64,000 nucleotides of DNA, from positions 792-64,791 of the forward strand of contig JBDRCZ010000056.1 of assembly GCA_043821285.1 (NCBI GenBank), written 5' to 3'. The position numbers and the translations under genes are program-made. The notes beneath the pieces were generated by a model that saw only the letters and a program-made list of their open reading frames with translations, did no database searches and was not told where the DNA came from. This document shows positions 31,401 to 39,237 of the stretch, piece by piece (position 1 is the stretch's first letter; each line of letters opens with the position of its first letter). The stretch comes from Candidatus Omnitrophota bacterium (GTDB lineage: Bacteria > Omnitrophota > Gorgyraeia > B26-G9 > JBDRCZ01).

Positions 31401-33036
31401 ATCCGTGCAGGAAGTTGGAACGGCAAAAATACAGGTAACTGCACAAGCTGACAAATACGCAGATGTCATGGAAAGGACATATCCTGTATATGAACACGGC
31501 ATGGAAAAATTTATTGCCAGAGCCGGTAAACTGCGCGCGGATGAGGCTGTCTTAACCCTTGATCTGCCTAAAGAGCGCGGTAAGGGGTCAACGATAATGC
31601 AGGTGCAGCTTAGCCCGAGCATGGCAGTTACCATGCTCGATAGCCTGCCGTATTTGATTGATTATCCTTACGGGTGCGTGGAGCAGACCATGAGCCGGTT
31701 TTTGCCGGCAGCAATTTGTTTAAATACGCTTAAAGATTTAGGACTGGATCCGGATACGGTTATGCGTAAAATTTTCGGCGGTATTGAGCCGGCATATACG
31801 GAAAAGACACACAGTAAAGGAAAACAGGATTTAAATAAATTAAATGACATGATTAAAAAAGGCATGGAGCGTTTATATGATTTTCAGCATTCAGACGGCA
31901 GCTGGGGCTGGTGGAAAGAAGGAGAGAGTGATCATTTTATGAGCGCTTATGTTCTCTGGGGGCTTTCGTTAGCGCATCAGGCGCGGGTGGAGGTAAAAAG
32001 AAATATTATTGAGCGCGGAGCCGCTTATTTAGAAAAAGAGATCGTAGAGGAAGAGGACAATTATGATCTTCAGGCATGGATACTGCACGCATTATCTAAT
32101 TACCGCGCGGTCTTTGATAAAGGCCGGGCTAAGGAATTTGAGCAAAAGGCATTGGATAATCTTTGGAAAAACCGGGACAAGTTAAACGCTTATACCCGGG
32201 CACTGCTGTCCTTGTCCGCGCATAATTTCAAAGACGAAGAAAAGGCACGAATTCTGGTACGCAATCTGGAAAACGGGGTAAAGACAGATGATACCCCGGA
32301 CACTTCAGCGATCCAGCGCGGCAGCCAAAAGTCAGAGGAGGCAGTTATTGGTACCGCACATTGGGGAGAGGATGGTATCTACTGGCGCTGGTCAGACGGC
32401 GGGGTTGAGGCAACCGCGTTTGCTTTAAAGGCGCTGGTGACAATAGACCCTGAGAATAAGCTGATTGAGCCGGTAAGTAACTGGCTGTTAAAAAACCGGC
32501 GCGGCAGTCAGTGGAAAAGTACCCGGGATACAGCGATTGTAATCATGGCCTTTAATGATTATTTAAAACAAAGCGGCGAAAGGATTGAGACGGTAATCAC
32601 GATTGAGGCAAAGAATAATTATGAATACCTTGTGTTTGAGGATTTAAAGCCAGCGGGTTTTGAAGCAGTACAGGTAAAAAGCGGGGAGCCGATGTATGCA
32701 AAAGAGCTAAAATCTGCGGCAGTTGAACGGAGTTTTGGCAATACAGTGAAGAAAAAATCCGCGGTTTTAGAATCTAATTCCTTAACCGGTGTACCGTTAT
32801 CTGGTCAGGAGGATACGGAATATACCGGCCGGACCCGCTGGGTATACCAGGAACTACGCGACCGCAAGACAGCCTTATTTATCGATAAACTGCCGGAAGG
32901 GGTTTGGGAAATACGCTATGAATTAAGGGCAGAGGTTCCGGGCAGGTTTCATGTCCTGCCAATAACCGGGTACGCGATGTATGTGCCGGAAATCCGGGCA
33001 AACGGCCAGGAGATTAGGGTTGAGGTGAGTGAATAA
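28423..33036 (+). CDS. Alpha-2-macroglobulin family protein with intact thioester (CVEQ)
   Basis: MG domains, YPYGCVEQTMSRF thioester motif, C-terminal receptor-binding-like domain. TTG start. No signal peptide detected. Confidence 0.85.
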   Translation: MFKPSFRQNLLYSQKTCLLNASACNDLKTNQSQIWRKTLFTRLKNQKLPMGAYILEANASGKKSRQLLLVSNAACVLKTSPSQALVYFCNANDGAPIADAVVCLWERFYSNGNWQWIEQKKNTDKNGLCVFDLKSADNRKEIFAAAVRENQQAFSLGSSDNYRRNDLLWKVYAFCDRPAYRPNETVQWKIFARAYDQGGYSTPANKKIKYQIYDPRNTKIKEEMVGLNSFGSAWGELELTEVMPLGEYRVNFYSVETLPGGKKEEYIGSAVLFRLEEYKLPEFKVSISTPLENGKKKIFQTGGIVEAKIQADYYFGGPVANADVEVLVYQNPFYHFWYPERDYPWYYKDMQTSYEQYRNYRGGQIVKREQIKTDVQGRAIVKFQSPQNSGGDFEYRIEARVTDSSRREIIAQDTVKVTMQGYYVYLKNKHNLIKPQDKVEIDIKTLDANNQPYLAQGTIKVTRDYWFEIWVAPDGREIKGQELELLRKKHELFPPQTSSGSKDWQLKFRGYEQEEILTRTIKTDEQGEAEFSFVPEHEGYYCVNWYSKDKRKNPINAQTTVWAADNQTTELGYRHGGVEIIIDKDTFKSGQTAPIMLSVPVNDRYVLFSVEADDFYSYELLHLKGTVKFIELPIKESHVPNIFLSAVMVSDQQIFIDTKQVVVPPVEHFIDVAVNADKAQYQPQESGKFWVMTKDHKGNPVSCELALGVVDESVYYIQSDYDLDPREFFYGQKRSAHIQTQSTFNQKSYICLVRGANEQLVDVRYKGNRQDWNEEGDVGGKYSAVSLDGRLGFDASTLREVCKSEVAVEEMSGIKKCISAGSMDFYDDKAKEDFEQKPVIDKNGIFSPSQGASAAVQVRSDFRSTIFWQPDIVTDKNGRAEVDVNFADSLTAWKACARVLSPVNQFGIAYTSVRTKKPLIVRLQAPRFFVVGDMAAVSGVINNNTDENLTVTPVLKVKGLVISGLYSGGRVVKGEQGPVKVKANSQERVDWAISVQEVGTAKIQVTAQADKYADVMERTYPVYEHGMEKFIARAGKLRADEAVLTLDLPKERGKGSTIMQVQLSPSMAVTMLDSLPYLIDYPYGCVEQTMSRFLPAAICLNTLKDLGLDPDTVMRKIFGGIEPAYTEKTHSKGKQDLNKLNDMIKKGMERLYDFQHSDGSWGWWKEGESDHFMSAYVLWGLSLAHQARVEVKRNIIERGAAYLEKEIVEEEDNYDLQAWILHALSNYRAVFDKGRAKEFEQKALDNLWKNRDKLNAYTRALLSLSAHNFKDEEKARILVRNLENGVKTDDTPDTSAIQRGSQKSEEAVIGTAHWGEDGIYWRWSDGGVEATAFALKALVTIDPENKLIEPVSNWLLKNRRGSQWKSTRDTAIVIMAFNDYLKQSGERIETVITIEAKNNYEYLVFEDLKPAGFEAVQVKSGEPMYAKELKSAAVERSFGNTVKKKSAVLESNSLTGVPLSGQEDTEYTGRTRWVYQELRDRKTALFIDKLPEGVWEIRYELRAEVPGRFHVLPITGYAMYVPEIRANGQEIRVEVSE

Positions 33037-33349
33037 AAATTTATCCGCGGAAGCTTTAGCAAAGGGGAATAAATTTTTTGTGCGAAGCAAAAAAAATATG
33101 GGTCAAAACAAAACACGGGGGTCAGCTATTTAGATTTTTATCAACCCCGCATGTGCGGGATTTCGCTTAATGCATATATTAAGATTCTCAAGAAAAAACA
33201 TCCTAACAATTAGATGATGCCTTATAAAAATTTGTCAAATCACCCATAGCTGATTAAAAAGAAAGCATAATGCCTAATTTTAAGATAAAAAGGAAAAAAG
33301 AGTTTTAAAAAGCAAGGATTATGCGGTATAATTGTTGTAGGGAGATTAA

Positions 33350-33490
33350 AATGAATGACGATACCAACACATTACTTGAATCATTGTTGAGAGTATCTCG
33401 TTTAAAGTCGGTGGGAAATGTTTTCACCAAATTGCTGGAGAAAAATAGTATTACAAAACGATGTTTTGCTACGAGAGGTGAATATGCATG
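33350..33490 (+). CDS. small hypothetical ORF (46 aa) overlapping the start of the hypA-like gene
   Basis: Its stop overlaps the ATG of the next gene (ATGCATGA). No recognisable family. Confidence 0.25.
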
Positions 33491-33726
33491 AATCACATTT
33501 GATTGAACCGATAATCAAGGGAATCGCGGAACACGCAGAAAAAGAAGGAGCGCGTGTCGTATCTAGGGTAAGGTTAAAAGTCGGAGAGTTTACCGGGGTG
33601 CGTGAGGAATCATTCCGCGAGACATTTGCTGTTTTGGCAAAAGGGACGGTGCTTGAAAATGCCGAGCTTGAAGTTACCTTTTTTCCTGGGTCAAGGATAG
33701 AGGTGGTATCATTCGACATAGAATAG
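33484..33726 (+). CDS. HypA-like hydrogenase nickel-incorporation protein lacking the zinc-finger domain
   Basis: Begins MHE (the nickel-binding N-terminus of HypA) and follows HypA spacing (RVRLKVGEFTGV). It ends without any CxxC pairs. Confidence 0.55.
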   Translation: MHESHLIEPIIKGIAEHAEKEGARVVSRVRLKVGEFTGVREESFRETFAVLAKGTVLENAELEVTFFPGSRIEVVSFDIE

Positions 33727-33811
33727 CCAAGGTCAGCGATAAGAATGAGTAATGAAATAACAAGGGGTCGATTCGATAATAGTAATGAAGAGAAAGTCTG
33801 TAGACCTTAAA

Positions 33812-33936
33812 TCCAAATGACAAATCCCAAATGACAAATGGAAAAACTTAAATGTTTTTCTTTTTAAAGATTGAAATATTTAAAGATTCATTTGCCTGTC
33901 TGTCGCAGGCAGGGATTTTGTCATTTGGAATTTGAC
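33812..33936. promoter_or_regulatory. Inverted-repeat / palindromic operator-like region (TCCAAATGACAAATCCC ... GGGATTTTGTCATTTGGA; TGTCA-N9-TGACA) upstream of the hypC-hydE fusion
   Basis: Visible in the sequence, 90-210 bp upstream of 34026. Confidence 0.35.
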
Positions 33937-34025
33937 ATTGCCGGTATATTGCCTTATCAGGCAGTATGCATGTTAATTATAATGAGTTATTAGATGTTGA
34001 TTATATGTTATGGAGCATGAATGCC

Positions 34026-35327
34026 ATGTGTTACGCGATTCCGGGAAAAGTGGAGGAAATATACGAGAAAATAGTTATCGTTGATTATTTTGGCGAGAAA
34101 AAAAAGGCGATTAATGAATTTTACGATATCCGTAAAGGTGATTATATTTCTGCTCAGGGCGGATATGTGATAAAAAAGGTGGACCCGGTTGAGGCAGAAG
34201 GTATTTTAGCTGCATGGCATGAGCTTTTTTTTGAGCTTCAGGATATTGACTTACGTCTTTCGCGATTGGATCTTAAAGAGAAAGGTATAGATAGGAAACT
34301 CGCGGTTATTCTGGACCATGCCTTAGAAAATATACCGCTCTCAAAAGAAGAGCTCGTGTATTTGTTTAACTTAAGCGAGCGCGGGGGAATTGAGATTGTT
34401 TGTAAAACTGCCAATTTTCTCCGCCAGAAATATTTAAAAAATTCCTGTTGCGTGCACGGGATAATAGAAATTTCGAATTATTGTACACAGGGTTGTATGT
34501 ATTGCGGCATTTCTTACCATAACCGCCATCTTTTACGCTACCGCATGAGCCCGGAGGAAATAGTCGAAACCGCAATTGAGGCAATAGATGGATTTGGGTT
34601 TAAGGCACTGGTGTTACAAAGCGGGGAAGATGTAGATTACCCGGTAGATAAACTGGCAGATATTATAAGAAAAATAAAGGAAAAAGGCGGGGTCCTTATT
34701 TGTATAAGTTTTGGCGAAGTCGGAATAGCTGGACTTGAACAATTATACGATGCCGGGGCACGGGCGCTGTTACTGCGCTTTGAAACATCAAATCCAGATA
34801 TTTATAAGAAACTGCATCCAAAGCGAAGTTTGGATACACGGCTTGGGCATCTTCATCAGGCCGCAAATATGGGGTATCTGATTATGACCGGCTCGCTTAT
34901 TGGTTTACCGGATCAGACAAAAGAAGATATTATTGAGGATATATATAAGGTTAAGGAGTTGGGGGCAGAAATGTATTCTTTTGGTCCGTTTTTGCCGCAT
35001 CCACAGACCCCCTTATCTAATAATCAGCCCCCAACCGAAGATGAGATGCTGAAAACTCTATCTATTGCCAGGCTCGTTGACCCGGCCAATGCCAAGATTT
35101 TAGTAACTACGGCCTTTGAGACTTTAAGCGCTAATGCGCGTAGAATGGGGCTTCTTTCCGGAGCTAATTCCCTAATGCTCAATCTGACCCCGCTTAAATA
35201 CAGAAAACAATATTCTATTTATCCAAACCGGGCATATTGCCGTGAAACAATTGGCAATCAGGTTGAAAAAACTATTGACCTGCTTAAATCTCTGGGGCGG
35301 GCACCTACGGATTTGGGAGTTAGTTAA
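34026..35327 (+). CDS. hydE: HypC/HupF-domain fused to [FeFe]-hydrogenase maturase HydE (radical SAM)
   Basis: N-terminal MCYAIPGKV (HypC signature with Cys2) through EAEGILAAW, then continuous in frame with a HydE-like radical SAM region (CTQGCMYCG, RYRMSPEEIV, LVLQSGED, GPFLPHPQTPL). GGAG RBS lies 12 nt upstream of the ATG at 34026. Confidence 0.75.
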   Translation: MCYAIPGKVEEIYEKIVIVDYFGEKKKAINEFYDIRKGDYISAQGGYVIKKVDPVEAEGILAAWHELFFELQDIDLRLSRLDLKEKGIDRKLAVILDHALENIPLSKEELVYLFNLSERGGIEIVCKTANFLRQKYLKNSCCVHGIIEISNYCTQGCMYCGISYHNRHLLRYRMSPEEIVETAIEAIDGFGFKALVLQSGEDVDYPVDKLADIIRKIKEKGGVLICISFGEVGIAGLEQLYDAGARALLLRFETSNPDIYKKLHPKRSLDTRLGHLHQAANMGYLIMTGSLIGLPDQTKEDIIEDIYKVKELGAEMYSFGPFLPHPQTPLSNNQPPTEDEMLKTLSIARLVDPANAKILVTTAFETLSANARRMGLLSGANSLMLNLTPLKYRKQYSIYPNRAYCRETIGNQVEKTIDLLKSLGRAPTDLGVS

Positions 35328-35337
35328 GGTTAATTTT

Positions 35338-35994
35338 ATGAAAGAAAGCGGTAAGAAAAGAGACAAGTTTTCTTTAGAGACGATTAAGCGTTTGGGTCTA
35401 TATCTGCGTAATTTAAAAAAGCTTAAAGCACAAGATATAGACATTATCTCTTCTGATAAATTAACACAATTGCTTAATGTTGCCCCTACGCAGTTTCGAA
35501 AGGATCTGTCCTGCTTTGGCGGGTTTGGGAAGCGGGGAGTGGGATATAATGTAGAAAGATTGATTGAAGAGATAGAAAATATTTTAGGGGTAAATAAAGA
35601 ATGGAAAATTATCATTGTTGGTGCAGGAAGGCTGGGCAGTGCCCTTTTGGGATATGATGGATTTTCTAAGTTTAATATAAAAATAGCCTATGCTTTTGAT
35701 GTCAGCGAGAAGAAGGCGGGGAAGCACAGAAAAGGAATCAAGATTTATAATTTAAAACACATAAAAGAGGTTATAAAAAATAATAATATTAAGATTGCAA
35801 TAATCACTACTCCTGCGGAAGCAGCACAGGATATAGCAGACAAATTAACGTCTACCGGGATAAAGGGCATTTTAAACTTTACCCCGATAATTTTGCAGGT
35901 GCCTAAAGATGTGCTGGTATCTAATGTGGATATGGCTTGCGAGCTTGAGAGTTTAATATTCTTTGCCAAGCAAAGATATATTGGAGATGAATAA
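35338..35994 (+). CDS. rex: Redox-sensing transcriptional repressor Rex
   Basis: Winged-helix N-domain (TIKRLGLYLRNL...QFRKDLSCFGGFGKRGVGYNV) and Rossmann motif IIVGAGRLG. Confidence 0.85.
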   Translation: MKESGKKRDKFSLETIKRLGLYLRNLKKLKAQDIDIISSDKLTQLLNVAPTQFRKDLSCFGGFGKRGVGYNVERLIEEIENILGVNKEWKIIIVGAGRLGSALLGYDGFSKFNIKIAYAFDVSEKKAGKHRKGIKIYNLKHIKEVIKNNNIKIAIITTPAEAAQDIADKLTSTGIKGILNFTPIILQVPKDVLVSNVDMACELESLIFFAKQRYIGDE

Positions 35995-36575
35995 TGGATG
36001 AGGTTACCGGGATAATTCTTGCCGGCGGCAAAAGCACAAGAATGGGCAAAGATAAATCTTTTATCCCGGTGTATGGACGGCCGATTATCGAAATAGTTAT
36101 AGATAAAATATCGTCTTTAACTAGTCAATTATTGATTATAACCAATAAACCGTGTCTTTACCGTAAATATGGCATAAAAACAAAAAAGGACATACTTCAC
36201 GAACACGGCTCTTTAGGCGGGATATATACGAGTTTAGTTTTCTCAAAAACAGTGTATAATCTTATTACCGCCTGTGACATGCCTTTTATAAACATGGAGG
36301 TTGCGCGTTATATGATTAGGATTATGCCGGGGTATGATTGCGTAGTTTTACGATGGCGAAGGAGATTAGAACCTTTATTTGCGATATATTCTAAACATTG
36401 TATCCGGACAATAGAAGACCAGCTAAAAAAGAAAAATTTAAAGATTAGTGATATATTTTCGAACTTAAAGACAAAAATAATCATGGGAAAAGAGATTAGG
36501 CGGTTTGATCCATGTGGCCGTTCTTTTGTAAATATAAATACACGGCAAGATGCCTTGCCATTTTCTGATAGCTGA
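35994..36575 (+). CDS. mobA: Molybdenum cofactor guanylyltransferase
   Basis: GIILAGGKSTRMGKDK nucleotidyltransferase motif and about 190-aa size. Confidence 0.75.
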   Translation: MDEVTGIILAGGKSTRMGKDKSFIPVYGRPIIEIVIDKISSLTSQLLIITNKPCLYRKYGIKTKKDILHEHGSLGGIYTSLVFSKTVYNLITACDMPFINMEVARYMIRIMPGYDCVVLRWRRRLEPLFAIYSKHCIRTIEDQLKKKNLKISDIFSNLKTKIIMGKEIRRFDPCGRSFVNINTRQDALPFSDS

Positions 36576-36580
36576 AGAAA

Positions 36581-36620
36581 ACACGCAGATTATTTAGATA
36601 GTTGTTTTGAAAATAAATAA
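36581..36620. repeat. Degenerate family A element (aaaacacgcagattatttagatagttgttttgaaaataaat)
   Basis: Shares the CAGAT units and the gttgttttgaaaa tail with 3991-4010. Confidence 0.5.
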
Positions 36621-36632
36621 GTTATTAATACA

Positions 36633-36821
36633 CGTATTGCGTATTGAGTATCGAGTATTGAGCATAAAAACTAAAAGGATGACAACAAGAAAATTGCCTC
36701 CGGTGATAACCTTCTGCGATTTTCAGCGGTTAGGAAAGTGTTTTACTTATGCCCGCAAGGGTATAAGGGTATACTTTCCTATACCATAAAAACGCAATAC
36801 TCACGACACAATACACAATAC
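36633..36821. mobile_element. MITE-like element bounded by imperfect inverted termini (GTATTGCGTATTGAGTATCGAGTATTGAGC ... GCAATACTCACGACACAATACACAATAC)
   Basis: The termini are reverse complements of each other. A solo terminus copy (GGGTATTGCGTATTGAG) lies at 45445-45464. Confidence 0.4.
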
Positions 36822-36836
36822 AAAAACTATGATAAT

Positions 36837-37319
36837 ATGTATAAAGTTGCTGTGCTTACAATAAGTGACAGGTGCTCAAAAGGGGAGCAAGAGGATAAAA
36901 GCGGTAAAGTTCTCCATGAGATTGCTGTAGGAATGCCCGCGCAGGTTATAAAATACGAAATTGTTCCGGATGAGCCGGAACAAATTAAAGAGAAACTTAT
37001 CGCCTATTGCGACGAGTTGAAAGTGGATTTAGTGCTTACTACCGGAGGCACGGGTTTAGGTTGTCGGGACTTTACTCCTGAGGCAACGGAAGAAGTTATC
37101 GAAAGAAAAGTCCCCGGCATACCTGAGGCAATGCGTGTTATTTATATAAATATCACAAAACATGCAATGCTATCCAGGGGAATTGCCGGGATCAGAGGAA
37201 AGACTTTGATTGTTAATTTACCGGGCAGCGCTAAAGGCGCCAGGGAGTCTTTGGAAGCAGTGTTCGAAGGTTTACGGCATGGTTTAGAAATGATCGAGGG
37301 AAAAGAACATCATGGCTAA
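36837..37319 (+). CDS. mogA: Molybdopterin adenylyltransferase MogA/MoaB family
   Basis: VLTISDR, LVLTTGGTG motifs and about 160-aa size. Confidence 0.8.
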   Translation: MYKVAVLTISDRCSKGEQEDKSGKVLHEIAVGMPAQVIKYEIVPDEPEQIKEKLIAYCDELKVDLVLTTGGTGLGCRDFTPEATEEVIERKVPGIPEAMRVIYINITKHAMLSRGIAGIRGKTLIVNLPGSAKGARESLEAVFEGLRHGLEMIEGKEHHG

Positions 37320-38682
37320 AGTGATTGATCAGGAACAGATTGGGGATATATTAAAAGAGACAAAAAATCCATCTTTTTCTGAAACCTATGCGGTTATTAC
37401 AAAAGCCGAAGAAAAAAAAGGTCTGAGCCAAAAAGATACCGCGGTTTTATTAAATTGTCAGGATGAAAAAATAATCAAAAATATATTTGATCTGGCAAAA
37501 AAGATAAAGAATGACATATATGGGGAAAGACTGGTGTTATTTGCGCCTTTGTATGTCAGCAATGCCTGCAACAATAACTGCCTTTATTGCGGTTTTCGCC
37601 AGGATAATAAAAATTTTAAAAGAACGACTTTAAACTTTGAGGAAATAGAGCAAGAGGTTAGAATGCTTGAGTCGAGAGGGCATAAGCGCGTTCTTTTAGT
37701 TTCCGGAGAAGCCGTAGGTTTTGATTATTTGCAGAAGGCAATAAAAACAGTTTACCAGACGAAAAACGGGACTGGCGAAATAAGACGGGTTAACGTTAAT
37801 TGCGCCCCCCTTACGGCTGATGAGTTTAAAGAATTAAAAAAATGCGGTATTGGAACTTATCAGCTTTTTCAGGAGACATACCACCGGCCGACTTATACGA
37901 AAATGCATCCTTCCGGACCAAAGGCCGATTATAATAATAGAATTTCTGCGATTGACCGGGCAATTGCCGCGGGGATTGATGATGTGGGAATTGGTGTCTT
38001 ATTTGGTTTATATGATTATCGGTTCGAGATTCTGGGGTTACTTTCGCACATTGCTCATTTAGAAAAAAATTTTGGCATTGGCCCGCATACAATTTCCGTA
38101 CCGCGTCTTGAGCCGGCAGCAGGTTCGGTTGTTTCCGTAAAGCCGCCGTATCCGGTAAGCGACCAGGAACTAAAAAAGATTGTTGCGATTTTGCGTTTAG
38201 CGGTTCCTTATACCGGTATTATTTTATCAACCAGAGAGAATAAAGAGTTAAGGAATGAACTTTTTTCTTTTGGCGTTTCTCAAATCAGTGCGGGTTCTTC
38301 TACCCAGCCGGGCGGATACTCCAAAGAAAAAGGCCTGGAACAATTTTCTTTATCGGATAAGCGTTCAATGTCAGAGGTTATTATTGACGTTTTAAAATTG
38401 GGCTATCTGCCAAGTTTTTGTACAGCCTGTTACCGTCTTGGCCGCACCGGTGAAGATTTTATGGCATTTGCGAAAAAAGGTGAAATACATAAATTTTGCC
38501 TGCCGAATTGTCTGCTTACATTCAGTGAGTATCTTACGGATTACGCAACTAAAGAGGAAAAGATATTAGGAGATAAGGTTATTCGTGAACAGATGGAGTT
38601 TATTCCGCTAACTTCTCTACGCAGAAAAATAGAACACAAATTAGATCTGGTACAATCCGGCAAACGCGACTTATATTTTTAA
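37312..38682 (+). CDS. hydG: [FeFe]-hydrogenase maturase HydG (radical SAM tyrosine lyase)
   Basis: N-terminal radical SAM CNNNCLYCGF. C-terminal CTAC-x22-C (C-x2-C-x22-C) auxiliary-cluster motif that distinguishes HydG from ThiH. Confidence 0.85.
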   Translation: MAKVIDQEQIGDILKETKNPSFSETYAVITKAEEKKGLSQKDTAVLLNCQDEKIIKNIFDLAKKIKNDIYGERLVLFAPLYVSNACNNNCLYCGFRQDNKNFKRTTLNFEEIEQEVRMLESRGHKRVLLVSGEAVGFDYLQKAIKTVYQTKNGTGEIRRVNVNCAPLTADEFKELKKCGIGTYQLFQETYHRPTYTKMHPSGPKADYNNRISAIDRAIAAGIDDVGIGVLFGLYDYRFEILGLLSHIAHLEKNFGIGPHTISVPRLEPAAGSVVSVKPPYPVSDQELKKIVAILRLAVPYTGIILSTRENKELRNELFSFGVSQISAGSSTQPGGYSKEKGLEQFSLSDKRSMSEVIIDVLKLGYLPSFCTACYRLGRTGEDFMAFAKKGEIHKFCLPNCLLTFSEYLTDYATKEEKILGDKVIREQMEFIPLTSLRRKIEHKLDLVQSGKRDLYF

Positions 38683-38862
38683 ATAAAAAGATGTGCCATG
38701 AAGGCGCATCTTTTTATCCGAGAAATTCCGCAACATAACGGAATTTCTTAACGTATGAAAATGCCCCTCTGTTTGCGGAGAAGGAGATTCAGCTGTGTAT
38801 GAGTTTACTTTTCTTTTCTAAAGAAAAGGTAAGTGCTAAATTAGTGCCGAAGGCAATAATTT

Positions 38863-39138
38863 ATGTTAGTTACTGTTAAACTATCTGCACCACTTCAGAA
38901 ATTTACAAAAGGCCGGGCGGAGGTCCGGGCATCCGGGAAAAGTATCCGGGAATTGATAAATAATCTTGAAGAAAAAATCCCGGGGATAAAAGAGAAAATA
39001 TGCGATGAGACGGACCGGCTGCATAAGTTCATCAATATTTATGTTAATGAACAAGACATTAGATTCTTAGAACATGCAGAAACAGTGCTGAAAGATGGGG
39101 ATGAGGTATTAATCATTCCGGCGATTGCCGGCGGATGA
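38863..39138 (+). CDS. MoaD/ThiS-family sulfur carrier protein (C-terminal GG)
   Basis: 91 aa, beta-grasp pattern, ends in GG. Confidence 0.7.
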   Translation: MLVTVKLSAPLQKFTKGRAEVRASGKSIRELINNLEEKIPGIKEKICDETDRLHKFINIYVNEQDIRFLEHAETVLKDGDEVLIIPAIAGG

Positions 39139-39154
39139 TGAAATAAAGGGCTAA

Positions 39155-39214
39155 GATGTAAGTAGTAAGGTGTAAGAAAAACTTATCGCGTACAACTTAC
39201 AACTTACTACTTAC
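39155..39214. other. Long imperfect inverted repeat hairpin between the moaD-like and moeB-like genes
   Basis: GATGTAAGTAGTAAGGTGTAAG ... CTTACAACTTACTACTTAC. Confidence 0.4.
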
Positions 39215-39237
39215 GGCTGAAAAGAGGGTGGTTTTTA

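Noticed and set aside
29236-31865. Numerous ORFs on both strands inside the alpha-2-macroglobulin gene
   Set aside because: They are nested in a 1537-aa ORF with clear A2M homology along its length. GC-rich coding sequence generates long antisense ORFs by chance.
33812-33936. Canonical Rex operator (TTGTGAA-N4-TTCACAA) in front of the hyd genes
   Set aside because: I searched the upstream regions of the fusion gene, rex and hydG by eye. Only a TGTCA-N9-TGACA palindrome is present, with spacing and half-sites that differ from Rex boxes, so I did not call a Rex site.
35242-35337. ORF-track start of rex at 35242, overlapping hydE by 86 nt
   Set aside because: Rex homology begins at the ATG at 35338 (MKESGKK...). 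That start sits right after the hydE stop and has an upstream purine-rich stretch. The longer N-terminus has no counterpart in Rex proteins.
37312-38682. Interpreting the radical SAM gene next to thiS/thiF-like genes as thiamine-biosynthesis ThiH
   Set aside because: The C-terminal C-x2-C-x22-C motif (CTAC...22 residues...C) is the HydG auxiliary-cluster signature that ThiH lacks. No thiG is present. A HydE gene is 2 kb upstream.
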